IMG/VR virus record: IMGVR_UViG_3300048026_000121
Coordinates: 1 to 57,466 of that record
Direction: 5' to 3' (one strand)
Length of the DNA: 57,466 bases
Source: a virus
Lineage: Duplodnaviria > Caudoviricetes
Part shown: positions 42,779 to 51,698 of the stretch, one piece after another
Numbering within the stretch: the first letter of the stretch is position 1
How the letters are laid out: each line of letters begins with the position of its first letter
Translations under genes and position numbers: made by a program
The notes under the pieces: model-generated
Database searches by the model: none
Told to the model about the DNA's origin: nothing
What the model saw: the letters and a program-made list of their open reading frames with translations, nothing else

Positions 42779-45700
42779 TCTCTAGTTCCTCTACTTTACC
42801 TTGTAGACACTTCACAGTTTCAATGAGTGCACCTACCAAGCCATTATAGTTGACTGATTTGTAACCATCGTCATCTGTTATAACAAGTTCTGGGAATGCT
42901 TCTTCTACTTCTTGAGCAACAACACCCATTGTGTATTTACCAGAATCTTTCCAGCTATAGTTTACACCTCTGATCTGACCGATCTTGCAGTAAGCATCTT
43001 CTACTGTAACAATGTTGTCCTTGCATCTGCAATCAGAAGTAGAGTTGAAGTCAACAGCACAAGCTACGTTAGTTCTAACGGCAGATACACCACAAACAAT
43101 GTTAGCCTTTACACAACACTCTACACAGTGGCAGTTCTCTGTTCTTGCACCGTAGGAGGTAGTACATAACATAGCTGTGTTATTAAAGAGCAAGCACACG
43201 CCACTATTACATGTACCTTTCCACATCCATTCGTTAGTAACATCATTATAGATACCAACAGAATCAGCATTGCCCATGAATACCCATTTGTCTTCAATGG
43301 AGTACCCAGGCCAGTTACCATCACCACCTACAACAGAGATAGAGCCGTAGGTACCTCCTGATTGACAGATACATCTGCCACCTACTGCAAGCCAAGTACC
43401 ACCACAGATAATTGGGGATAGTACACAGGTAGTACCACATACTTTAGGAGCTTTAACACAACAAGAAGCACAGGAACATGTAACAAATGAATAGGGGGAT
43501 TTAAAGCAATTAGCAGCACAGATACATGCACCATTAAAGTTGTTAGATGTAGAGCCATTCGTTGCAGCTTTACCTGACAAACATGTTGCTAGTCCATCAA
43601 CGTTAGCTACTGTGTGGTTGTGGCTATCGTCTGCAATAGTAAGGCTAAGGTTAGCATTACCAAGGTTTGTGAATGTAGCAGAACCTGTAGCATCTCCACA
43701 GATACAAAGTGTAGGATCAGAAGTAGCAGTCGTATTGACTGTGAAGTTACCTGAACCATCTACTGAAGTAGAACCTGTTACTGCACCACAGACACACAGT
43801 GTTCTAGCAGTAGCCCAAGCACTTGCTGTGTCAGCATTACCAGTAACAGCACCTGTGACAGGAGCACATACTCTGGCAAATGTTACTGTATCAGATGTGC
43901 CTACTGCTTGTCCAATGTTAATTCCATTACCATCAACAGTAACACCTGTACCTGCATCAGCAGTAAAAGTTGTACCAGTTAAGGTAAGACCATTACCTGC
44001 ATCGTAAACAGCAGTCTCAGCTACGACAGTAAAGGTAATGTTTGTTGTACCGAATGTTATAACACCAGATGTGTTCATAACATAAAGTTCACCAGAACCA
44101 GTGTTACCTTCTTTTACGAAGAATGCATCACCTTCACCTAGTGCATCTTGGTCTGAAGCACCATAGCTGTCAGCATCTGTAGCACGAGTAAGAACCCAGT
44201 TAGTCGAAGCTGAACCAGTGTTGGTAACTGTGTAGACACCATTCTCGTAGCCATTGGTTTGGCTGTAGATAAGAACACGATCATTTGTGTTTAGTGTTAC
44301 ACCATCAATAACTAGGGCAGCTTGTGCCCCATTGTTAGTAAGGGTAGCACCTACACCATTCGTACCATTGTCGTAGGTAGCACTTAGGTTACCTGCACTG
44401 TCTGGTGATTCAACTCGTACTGGATCGTGATAGTGAATACCAGCAGCAGCAATCGTATCAACGTACTCTTTAGTTGCAAGTTGACAAGCCTGAGTTGGGT
44501 TACCTGTAACACAGACAGATCCAAAGCATACATTGTCTGATGTGCCAACAGCCTGTCCAATAGCTATTGCACCAGATGTGTAAGTAACACCTGTACCACC
44601 TGATAGGTGGCTGTCTACTCTAGCTGTTGTAAAGTACTGGTTTGTACCTTCCGCTAGGTCATCTGTGTCATGGTTACTTATATCACTTACAGTACCAGTG
44701 ACATCACCATTAACATTTCCTGTCAGTGTTCCATATAGGCTAGAGACACAAACAGCACCTGTACCGTAGATGCAGTTAGTACCTGCATTAAGATTGCCAC
44801 CAAGAGCAGGAGAAGAATCCCCTGCAACACATGTAAGAGCATCACCTAGTGTGAATGCTGCAGAAGACCATGCCGAACCATCATACACTCTTAGAGCATT
44901 GTCGGTGGTGTTCCAGTATAATGCACCAGTAATAAGTCCATCACCATCGTTGTCTACTGATGGGTCTGAAGCTTTATCACCAAGGTATCTGTCATCAAAG
45001 TCATCATAAGAAGTAGCTGCATTTGTTGCTGAAGTAGCAGCAGCAGTAGCTGAGTTAGAAGCATTTGTTTCCGATGTAGCTGCAGCAGTTGCACTATTAG
45101 CAGCACAAGTAGCTGAAGTGGCTGCATCTGTAGCTGACTGGAGAATACCATCAACATAAGTCTTCGTAGTCAAATCAGCAGCATCAGTAGGTGTATAAGT
45201 CGTAGTGATCTTATTGGCACCCATATCAATAGTGCCAGTTACAGTACCACCAGAACAAGCTAGTCTTGTATCACGTTGAGTATCTGTGTATGTCTTTGTG
45301 GCTGCATCTTGTGCTAGGGTAGGATCGCCCAGTCCTGTGATCTTTGATGTACCCATAGCAATAGCACCCGACATGGTTCCACCAGTCAGATTTAGCTTTA
45401 GAGCATCTTGATCATCTACATAACCCTTACGAGTAAGAGTATCAGCAGTAGCAGGTGTAGCTGTAGATGTAGCTTTATTAGAACCTAATGCAATGTCACC
45501 AGTCATTGTGCCACCAGCCAATGGTAGCTTACCTGCAATGCTTGTTGTTATTGTTGTACTAAAGTCTGGGTCATCCCCAATAGCTGCAGCAATCTCGTTA
45601 AGAGTATCTAGTGTGCCTGGTGCAGAGTCAATCAAATTAGAAACAGAGGTATCTACATACCCCTTCGTTGCAGCATCTGCATCAGCAGTTGGAGTTGCAA

Positions 45701-47042
45701 GAGAAGTAATTTTTGCAGAACCCATATCAAGTCCTGCTGTACCTGTCATGTTAATATCACAGAAAGTAGAAGTACCTACTGAGGTTACATCACCAGTTAG
45801 ATCACCTGTTACGTTCCCTGTAACTGCACCTGACACATCACCTGTGACATCCCCAACAAAACAAGTGTTAGCTGTAATGGTTGTACCAGTTATAGCATCA
45901 GGCGTGGTAGCACCAACTACACCATCAAAGTTTCCTGTGTGACAACCTACTGCATTACCAGTTAGGTTGCCTGTTACATTACCTGAAACAGCACCAGTAA
46001 CATCACCTACGAAGCAAGTGTTAGCTGTAACTGTTGTACCTGTTATAGCACCTGCTGTAGTCCCACCAATAGTAGCACCGTCAATAGTGCCCCCATTGAT
46101 ATCGACTGAAGAAAAAGTACCCTGTCCTGTCGTACTAACTGTAGTAAAGCTACCTGCAGCAGCACTAGAAGCACCGATAACAGTGCCATCAATATTACCT
46201 GCATTGATATCTACTGTGGCTAGAGTTGCTGTACCTGTGGCAGAAAGGTCTGGTACAGTTACTGTATCACCAAAACCTGCAACACCTGTAACACCAAGTG
46301 TACCTGCCAGTGTAGTATTTCCTGTAATTCCTGCAGTTCCACCAACAGTAAGGTTACCACTAGAGCCAAGAGTTGTAAATTCACCAGAGGCAGCAGTCGT
46401 ATTACCAATTATAGTACCATCAATAGTACCACCATTAATGTCTGCTGTGTCAGCTACAAGGCTGTCAATATTTGCTGTTCCAGTAATGTAAGCATCATTC
46501 CACTCACTACCTGTAGCACCTAGATCATATGTTGCATCTGCAGAAGGGATAAGGTCTGAGGCAACATCAGCATTTACTGTAACAGTATCACTATCGTCAC
46601 TACCAAGAGTAGTATTCCCATTAACGGTAAGGTTACCCGTAATAGTAGCATTCTCGTGAATCGCCAGAGTGTCGATATAACCCACACCATCAATGTAAAG
46701 ATCTTTAAACTCAGCAGCCGAAGAACCCAAATCAATATCTTCATCAGTGACAGGAACAATAGCTCCATCTTGTATCCTTACCTGCTCTACTGCTGCATTA
46801 CCAACGTTAGTAAAGAAATTAATTCTGTTGTTAGCTGTATCAACAACAACTTTACTATACTGGTTAGTGTCTGAAATTAGAGGAATGAGGCCACCTTCTC
46901 CAGTAGAAGTGCCATCATGTCTGTGACCTGTGCTTGCACTAAATGCTGCTACAAGCTGTTCAAATTCATTGTGTACTGGTTCAGCTTTAATAACCTGACC
47001 AGAAACAATATCAGCAGCACTTTGTCTTGTATAACCTGCCAT
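42762..47042 (-). CDS. Tail fibre with C-terminal peptidase S74 intramolecular chaperone
   Basis: GGTIDG and GxVTG repeats, DAATKxYVD repeats, APGTLDTLNEIAAA; SDxRxK...GVVAQEVE...VNYNGL chaperone domain. Confidence 0.9.
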   Translation of the reverse strand: MAGYTRQSAADIVSGQVIKAEPVHNEFEQLVAAFSASTGHRHDGTSTGEGGLIPLISDTNQYSKVVVDTANNRINFFTNVGNAAVEQVRIQDGAIVPVTDEDIDLGSSAAEFKDLYIDGVGYIDTLAIHENATITGNLTVNGNTTLGSDDSDTVTVNADVASDLIPSADATYDLGATGSEWNDAYITGTANIDSLVADTADINGGTIDGTIIGNTTAASGEFTTLGSSGNLTVGGTAGITGNTTLAGTLGVTGVAGFGDTVTVPDLSATGTATLATVDINAGNIDGTVIGASSAAAGSFTTVSTTGQGTFSSVDINGGTIDGATIGGTTAGAITGTTVTANTCFVGDVTGAVSGNVTGNLTGNAVGCHTGNFDGVVGATTPDAITGTTITANTCFVGDVTGDVSGAVTGNVTGDLTGDVTSVGTSTFCDINMTGTAGLDMGSAKITSLATPTADADAATKGYVDTSVSNLIDSAPGTLDTLNEIAAAIGDDPDFSTTITTSIAGKLPLAGGTMTGDIALGSNKATSTATPATADTLTRKGYVDDQDALKLNLTGGTMSGAIAMGTSKITGLGDPTLAQDAATKTYTDTQRDTRLACSGGTVTGTIDMGANKITTTYTPTDAADLTTKTYVDGILQSATDAATSATCAANSATAAATSETNASNSATAAATSATNAATSYDDFDDRYLGDKASDPSVDNDGDGLITGALYWNTTDNALRVYDGSAWSSAAFTLGDALTCVAGDSSPALGGNLNAGTNCIYGTGAVCVSSLYGTLTGNVNGDVTGTVSDISNHDTDDLAEGTNQYFTTARVDSHLSGGTGVTYTSGAIAIGQAVGTSDNVCFGSVCVTGNPTQACQLATKEYVDTIAAAGIHYHDPVRVESPDSAGNLSATYDNGTNGVGATLTNNGAQAALVIDGVTLNTNDRVLIYSQTNGYENGVYTVTNTGSASTNWVLTRATDADSYGASDQDALGEGDAFFVKEGNTGSGELYVMNTSGVITFGTTNITFTVVAETAVYDAGNGLTLTGTTFTADAGTGVTVDGNGINIGQAVGTSDTVTFARVCAPVTGAVTGNADTASAWATARTLCVCGAVTGSTSVDGSGNFTVNTTATSDPTLCICGDATGSATFTNLGNANLSLTIADDSHNHTVANVDGLATCLSGKAATNGSTSNNFNGACICAANCFKSPYSFVTCSCASCCVKAPKVCGTTCVLSPIICGGTWLAVGGRCICQSGGTYGSISVVGGDGNWPGYSIEDKWVFMGNADSVGIYNDVTNEWMWKGTCNSGVCLLFNNTAMLCTTSYGARTENCHCVECCVKANIVCGVSAVRTNVACAVDFNSTSDCRCKDNIVTVEDAYCKIGQIRGVNYSWKDSGKYTMGVVAQEVEEAFPELVITDDDGYKSVNYNGLVGALIETVKCLQGKVEELENGSKG

Positions 47043-48599
47043 TTATAATCTATCCCCCACTCCAAACGTCACAACAATGCCTTGGACACTGTGTGCAGCA
47101 TTCGTGTCATTTGTAACATATCTAAAAGAAACTGATTTACCCGAACCTGAAACATTTACTCTTTGAACGGGAGAGGGGTTACCACTCCATATTGTTGTAT
47201 TAGAAGGTTCATCATATACAGCCTCGTTATAGTAGGCTGCTGCACCTTCATTTGTAAGAATAAAGTTGGTTGGGTTAAGAATGGTGGTATCATCATAGTC
47301 AAAGATAACTGACATTATGATCTCGTTATCACCTTCTGATCTAAGGTAAGTAGCAACAGTATGAATAATCTTACGTTGCTCTGGATCTTGCATGTGCAAG
47401 AATGGTGTTTGGTAAAGGCTTACGATGTTACTACCACCGAAGCTGTTACCTGATTCCTGTCTATAAACTTTTCCTGAGGTATCCCCATGAATGACGTATT
47501 CTTCTTTGTCGATGTATCCACTGTCAGCACAGGTAGCTTCAATGCCAATCATCTGACCAAACTCAAAACCAATGCCACCCTGTTGTCCTAAACGTAGGCC
47601 ACCAAGTAAAGCAGCACCACTGTCTGTATTGTAGAACAATCTAAACTGAGACTTACCTCTGATAATTACAGAGGACACTGCATCTAAGTCATTGTTGAAG
47701 ATAACGTCAGAAATAAAAGATTGGATGTTCTTGGTTAATGTTTCCAAGTTAACGTCACCAATCTTATCTGTACCTGAGATAGGTCTGATACCATCTTGTG
47801 ATAAGAAGATTAGGTCACCACCAATCTCAATAACACTGTCTGATGCTAGGCAACCAAGGTCATCTGTTACGTGTTGTAACTGCCAGTCTGAGATGTTGTT
47901 ACCTACGATCCTTTTGATGTTGTTTGTACCAAACACAAACAAAGCATCACGAAACGGTTTGATTGCTACAACAGGAAAGCCTACGTTAATTACACCAGCA
48001 CCATCTGCAGGTGCCCACTTTGTTTCGTCTGTAGGAGCACTGAAGTAAACGTTATGAGGTTCAGCAGGATCACCTGCAAGCCACATGTGGTTCTTAAATA
48101 CTGCAGCAAACTTAGGATCTGTAGGAGCTTCTGTAGCTGTAATCTGTGTGTAAGTTGTACCATCGTAGGTAGCTGCAGGGTTTATACCATCTGTTAAAAT
48201 AACTTTTGCTGTACCCCAATTAAACCTAGTAAATCTTACTTTAGATACACCTGTCATTGTAGGTAAACCAGAAGTAGTTACTGCAACCCAAGCTGATGTA
48301 GCATCATCCCAGTAGTGTAGGTAGTTGTTACCTGTAGAAGGTTTACGTGCTGCAAGAATGCCATCATTGATACCAGCAGCTACTGCTACACCTAAGACAC
48401 TACCAGAGCTATCACCAGGTACTGTGCCATAGTCATTGCTAAAACCACTAACACGTCTGTATCCACCAGTGGTAGCAGGTTCGTAGTTAAGCAAGGAGAT
48501 AGCAGAACCAGGTTGTGTTTCACCTTGTGACAACACGTCCCTGTTCAGGTTCAATCCACCCTGAGCAAATACTTTAAAGGAGCCTAAGTTGTCTGCCAT
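47043..48599 (-). CDS. Tail nozzle / tubular protein B-like protein
   Basis: 518 aa, beta-propeller-like (GCLASDSV.EIGGDLIFLSQDGIRP); follows the adaptor gene. Confidence 0.7.
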   Translation of the reverse strand: MADNLGSFKVFAQGGLNLNRDVLSQGETQPGSAISLLNYEPATTGGYRRVSGFSNDYGTVPGDSSGSVLGVAVAAGINDGILAARKPSTGNNYLHYWDDATSAWVAVTTSGLPTMTGVSKVRFTRFNWGTAKVILTDGINPAATYDGTTYTQITATEAPTDPKFAAVFKNHMWLAGDPAEPHNVYFSAPTDETKWAPADGAGVINVGFPVVAIKPFRDALFVFGTNNIKRIVGNNISDWQLQHVTDDLGCLASDSVIEIGGDLIFLSQDGIRPISGTDKIGDVNLETLTKNIQSFISDVIFNNDLDAVSSVIIRGKSQFRLFYNTDSGAALLGGLRLGQQGGIGFEFGQMIGIEATCADSGYIDKEEYVIHGDTSGKVYRQESGNSFGGSNIVSLYQTPFLHMQDPEQRKIIHTVATYLRSEGDNEIIMSVIFDYDDTTILNPTNFILTNEGAAAYYNEAVYDEPSNTTIWSGNPSPVQRVNVSGSGKSVSFRYVTNDTNAAHSVQGIVVTFGVGDRL

Positions 48600-49318
48600 T
48601 AGCTTACTCTACTCAAACCTACATTAGCTCTTTCAACTACTGTGGATCTTATTCTTAGAGGTTCGTCTACAAGAACTCTTCTCATAGACTTAATACCATC
48701 TTGGAACACGCCTTGGTGTACTGCAGCACTCTGCTCATTAGATCTAAATCTCATCATGTACATCATAGCACCATCAATGATTACATGTTTAAATCTATCA
48801 GGAATAACTGTTACATCATCGTAAGCACTTAGGTCTGAAGGAAATGACCAGTACACGTACTCAATTTGGTATGCTGCATCAGGAATAGGTGTTACACCAA
48901 ACTTCTCTTCGTTTGTTTGATAAACAAGGGTAGGGGCAGATATACCTGTCTGATCTCCTGTGTCATCTCCTTGACGATACTTTTGAACATACTCGTCATA
49001 AGAAATAACTTTCATAGCTGCAGGAATATTAGTCCCACCTGAAAGTTGTTTGATGTAAAAAGTCTGCCAGTCTGCTCTAGAAAAGTCAGATGGGAAGTCA
49101 TACTCTCTTGTACTTGCAGTCAATGTCTGAGTGTATGTAGTTTTTAGGAAAGGCCACTCCTGACCTGTCTGTAAGATATTTCTAATGGAGTTATTTACAG
49201 CTTGTTTAGCTAGTGCCTGTACATTACGTACATCAGTAAAGCCACTACCCCCTACAGCAAGGGTAACCTCGTTAAGTCTGGTTAATAGTTCATTTACTAG
49301 TGTAACGTAATTAGCCAT
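48599..49318 (-). CDS. Head-tail adaptor / tubular protein A-like protein
   Basis: LVNELL.RLNE, WPFL and PIPD.AY patterns; directly after the capsid gene. Confidence 0.7.
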   Translation of the reverse strand: MANYVTLVNELLTRLNEVTLAVGGSGFTDVRNVQALAKQAVNNSIRNILQTGQEWPFLKTTYTQTLTASTREYDFPSDFSRADWQTFYIKQLSGGTNIPAAMKVISYDEYVQKYRQGDDTGDQTGISAPTLVYQTNEEKFGVTPIPDAAYQIEYVYWSFPSDLSAYDDVTVIPDRFKHVIIDGAMMYMMRFRSNEQSAAVHQGVFQDGIKSMRRVLVDEPLRIRSTVVERANVGLSRVS

Positions 49319-49342
49319 TACAAAAATCCTTCAGATAGCCTA

Positions 49343-49366
49343 AAGGGGCCAGTCGCCCAGCCCCTA
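49343..49366 (-). terminator. GNRA-loop hairpin after the capsid gene (probable leaky terminator)
   Basis: AGGGGCTGG-GCGA-CTGGCCCCT followed by a short T run on the - strand. Confidence 0.6.
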
Positions 49367-49378
49367 AAGTTTTAAGTA

Positions 49379-50452
49379 CTAAGCCAAGTTATACTTAGCT
49401 GTAACCAACGCCTCTGGGCGTAGGATTTTTCTACCGTAAAGGTGCATACCACGAACAATATCGGCAAATGAATCTGGATCACGATATGTCTCAGTCTTGT
49501 TGATCTGCTCTGCAGTAGCAACGGCTGAATCATGACCAGCTACGATTACACCGTAGTTAGTGTTCTGGTTGGCTACGCCTGTTGTAGCTGCGCCAGTACC
49601 AACTGAAGGAAGATTTGATGAAGAGTAAACTCTGAAACCATTCCAGTTGTTGATTACTAGGCCGTTACGTAGACCGCCTGAAGCACCCCATTCAGATTGT
49701 AGGAAGCGTGAATCTTCGTCCATCAAGATTTCCATCATGACAGGGTCAATTACGATCCAACGACCATCTTTGTCAACTTGTTGTTGATCAAGTAGACGAC
49801 CCATACGAGCCACCATCATTGTTGGTGAAACGTATTCTGTTGGTAGTGCAGTTGCACCTGGCAAACGTGCTGCAACAGGGATTGAATGGTCATCAGCATC
49901 TGCTGTTGTGATGTTTCCAAAGTCACCTTTGTTTAGCTTGTTTGCTGCAAGTAGTTCGTCATCACCTGCAGTTGTGTCTGCTTTAGTACCGTTAACAGTA
50001 TCATTAACAGTGTCAGCATTCCCATGTAGGGCAGACTGTTTGTAACCTGCTAGGTAACCTAGAACTTCTTGGTCATGCTGGTCAGCAAGACGGTAAGCTG
50101 CTCTGTTGGTAGCAAGGTTCATAAAATCGATGTGGCTATGAGCCTCTTCGACATCGTCCATCTTGAAAGCAAAATAGTTAGCTTTATCAATGACTAACGA
50201 GAAATCGTCATCTGATAAATCTTGTGCTGCGATGGTTGTGCCACGAGTGTATGCAGAAACTGAGATCTCAGGTTCTTTCATAATCTTCACTGTGTCACCT
50301 TGGTTTGCGATCTCTCCGAAATATTCAGAGTTCGTAATGTCACCTACAACAGTTGCTTTTCTAAAGGCAAGCTGTGTTTTTTTGGAATAGATGACTGGGC
50401 TGAAATTCCCATTTGGTAGGTTAGTATAACCTGATGCGGATGCAAAAGCCAT
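49379..50452 (-). CDS. Major capsid protein
   Basis: NLPNGNFSPVIYSKK, YFGEIANQGDTVKI and FADIVRGMHLYGRK; GGAGG RBS before ATG 50452; follows the scaffold gene. Confidence 0.9.
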   Translation of the reverse strand: MAFASASGYTNLPNGNFSPVIYSKKTQLAFRKATVVGDITNSEYFGEIANQGDTVKIMKEPEISVSAYTRGTTIAAQDLSDDDFSLVIDKANYFAFKMDDVEEAHSHIDFMNLATNRAAYRLADQHDQEVLGYLAGYKQSALHGNADTVNDTVNGTKADTTAGDDELLAANKLNKGDFGNITTADADDHSIPVAARLPGATALPTEYVSPTMMVARMGRLLDQQQVDKDGRWIVIDPVMMEILMDEDSRFLQSEWGASGGLRNGLVINNWNGFRVYSSSNLPSVGTGAATTGVANQNTNYGVIVAGHDSAVATAEQINKTETYRDPDSFADIVRGMHLYGRKILRPEALVTAKYNLA

Positions 50453-50658
50453 GATTAAATCCTCCATGATATTTGGCTTTAGAAGAAAGCTAAACACCTG
50501 AAAGAGGCTGTTACTTTTCTAGGGTGCAGAAAGGTACTCAGTTGCGCAACCGAATACCCACTGGGCCTATACTTGAACAGGTGGTTCTTTGTAGTTTAGA
50601 CTTTTATGAAAAAGTATCTATAGAGGTAGTCCCGAAGGAGGCTCTATATTAGATACGT
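50453..50658 (-). ncRNA. Putative structured leader RNA of the capsid gene
   Basis: About 205 nt non-coding with a cUUCGg-capped hairpin, the GGTATTCGGTTGCGCAACTGAGTACC hairpin and a CACCTG/CAGGTG long-range pair. Confidence 0.45.
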
Positions 50659-50659
50659 G

Positions 50660-50689
50660 TAGTTATATTGAACACTTCTTAAGTGTCAA
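50660..50689 (-). promoter_or_regulatory. Capsid gene promoter
   Basis: TTGACA-N16-TATAACTA. Confidence 0.7.
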
Positions 50690-50693
50690 TAGT

Positions 50694-51650
50694 TTATCTG
50701 GCTGCGCCAGACATGTCGTAGACAAATTTACCAGAAGCCATAGCTTGTGAAATTTCGTCTTGACGTGCCTCAAACTCCTTAGCTGACATCTTAGCTACAT
50801 CAGACTCTTTGATCTGACCTGATACACCTTTAGTGTCAATAGAAGTACGAGTTCCTTTGGTAACAGATGAAGCAGCAGCTCTACGAGTATCTCGTTTAGC
50901 TTCTCTCGTCATTCCATTATCAACTTTATAAAGATCAATCACACGAATAACAGATGCAGGATCATCCATGTTTTCGTACAGAGCATCCTTAACCCACTTA
51001 GGCTGTGCCTCTGCCCAGTTATGGAACTCTTCTGATTGTCTTAATTCATCGAAGTCATCATGAGACTTACGAATAACATTCTCTGCTTTCATTCGTAGTG
51101 CTTCATTATGAGCTTCATCTAACTCTTTTAGACGTTCCTCTGCTTTGCTGAACATCTCTCTTGCTTTCTCTGAAGCAATCTTTTCTACAATACCTGCTAC
51201 GTCTGGGTACTGCTTTGCCCACTCTTCAATGTCTTCATCAGACTTAGGAGGAACAATACTTTGTTTCTTTTTTCCCTTTTCAAGAGATTCAAGGCGTTCA
51301 TTCCATTCCTTTTCTTTCTCTTGCATGTGTCTACGTAGATCACCATAACGTTTCTTGAAAGACTTCTCTTCAGCACTCAGTCCTGCTGTGGCATCGTCTT
51401 CCTGTGCTTCCCCTTCCTGGGATGCTTGTTCTTCTTGTTGGGTATCACTTGAGGCTTGTACCTGGGTGTCCTCAATACTTTCGCTACTGGGTTCACTTTC
51501 TTCAACATACTCTTCGCCACGAGACTCTGCCTCTAATCTTGCAATCTCTTTCTCTTCTTCTTCCATGCGCTTCTTGCGCTGTTGGTTGTTGAAGCTTCTA
51601 TCTACAAACCCTGCTTTCTTAGGGCTTTCCATTGTCATCATTTCAGGCAT
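50694..51650 (-). CDS. Capsid scaffolding protein
   Basis: Acidic coiled coil with FKKRYGDLRRH motif; immediately upstream of the capsid gene. Confidence 0.8.
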   Translation of the reverse strand: MPEMMTMESPKKAGFVDRSFNNQQRKKRMEEEEKEIARLEAESRGEEYVEESEPSSESIEDTQVQASSDTQQEEQASQEGEAQEDDATAGLSAEEKSFKKRYGDLRRHMQEKEKEWNERLESLEKGKKKQSIVPPKSDEDIEEWAKQYPDVAGIVEKIASEKAREMFSKAEERLKELDEAHNEALRMKAENVIRKSHDDFDELRQSEEFHNWAEAQPKWVKDALYENMDDPASVIRVIDLYKVDNGMTREAKRDTRRAAASSVTKGTRTSIDTKGVSGQIKESDVAKMSAKEFEARQDEISQAMASGKFVYDMSGAAR

Positions 51651-51698
51651 AGTATTTTCCTTATGTTGGGGCCAGGGTTGATTCCCTGGGTAGCCTTA

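Noticed and set aside
43540-46491. Long + strand ORFs opposite the tail fibre, and similar shadow ORFs such as 3740-4276 and 21667-22113
   Set aside because: Antisense shadows of repetitive or biased coding sequence, with no RBS or recognisable motifs.
39104-47042. Genetic-code reassignment of TGY codons explaining the Cys excess
   Set aside because: TGY encodes canonical Cys in the RNR (NPCGE), primase Zn finger and Cas4-like ligands. Other genes have normal or low Cys, and the replaced residues are heterogeneous.
39104-47042. Diversity-generating retroelement acting on fibre genes
   Set aside because: No reverse transcriptase and no template/variable repeat pair with adenine-specific differences. 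The 42563-42778 similarity is N-terminal and protein-level.
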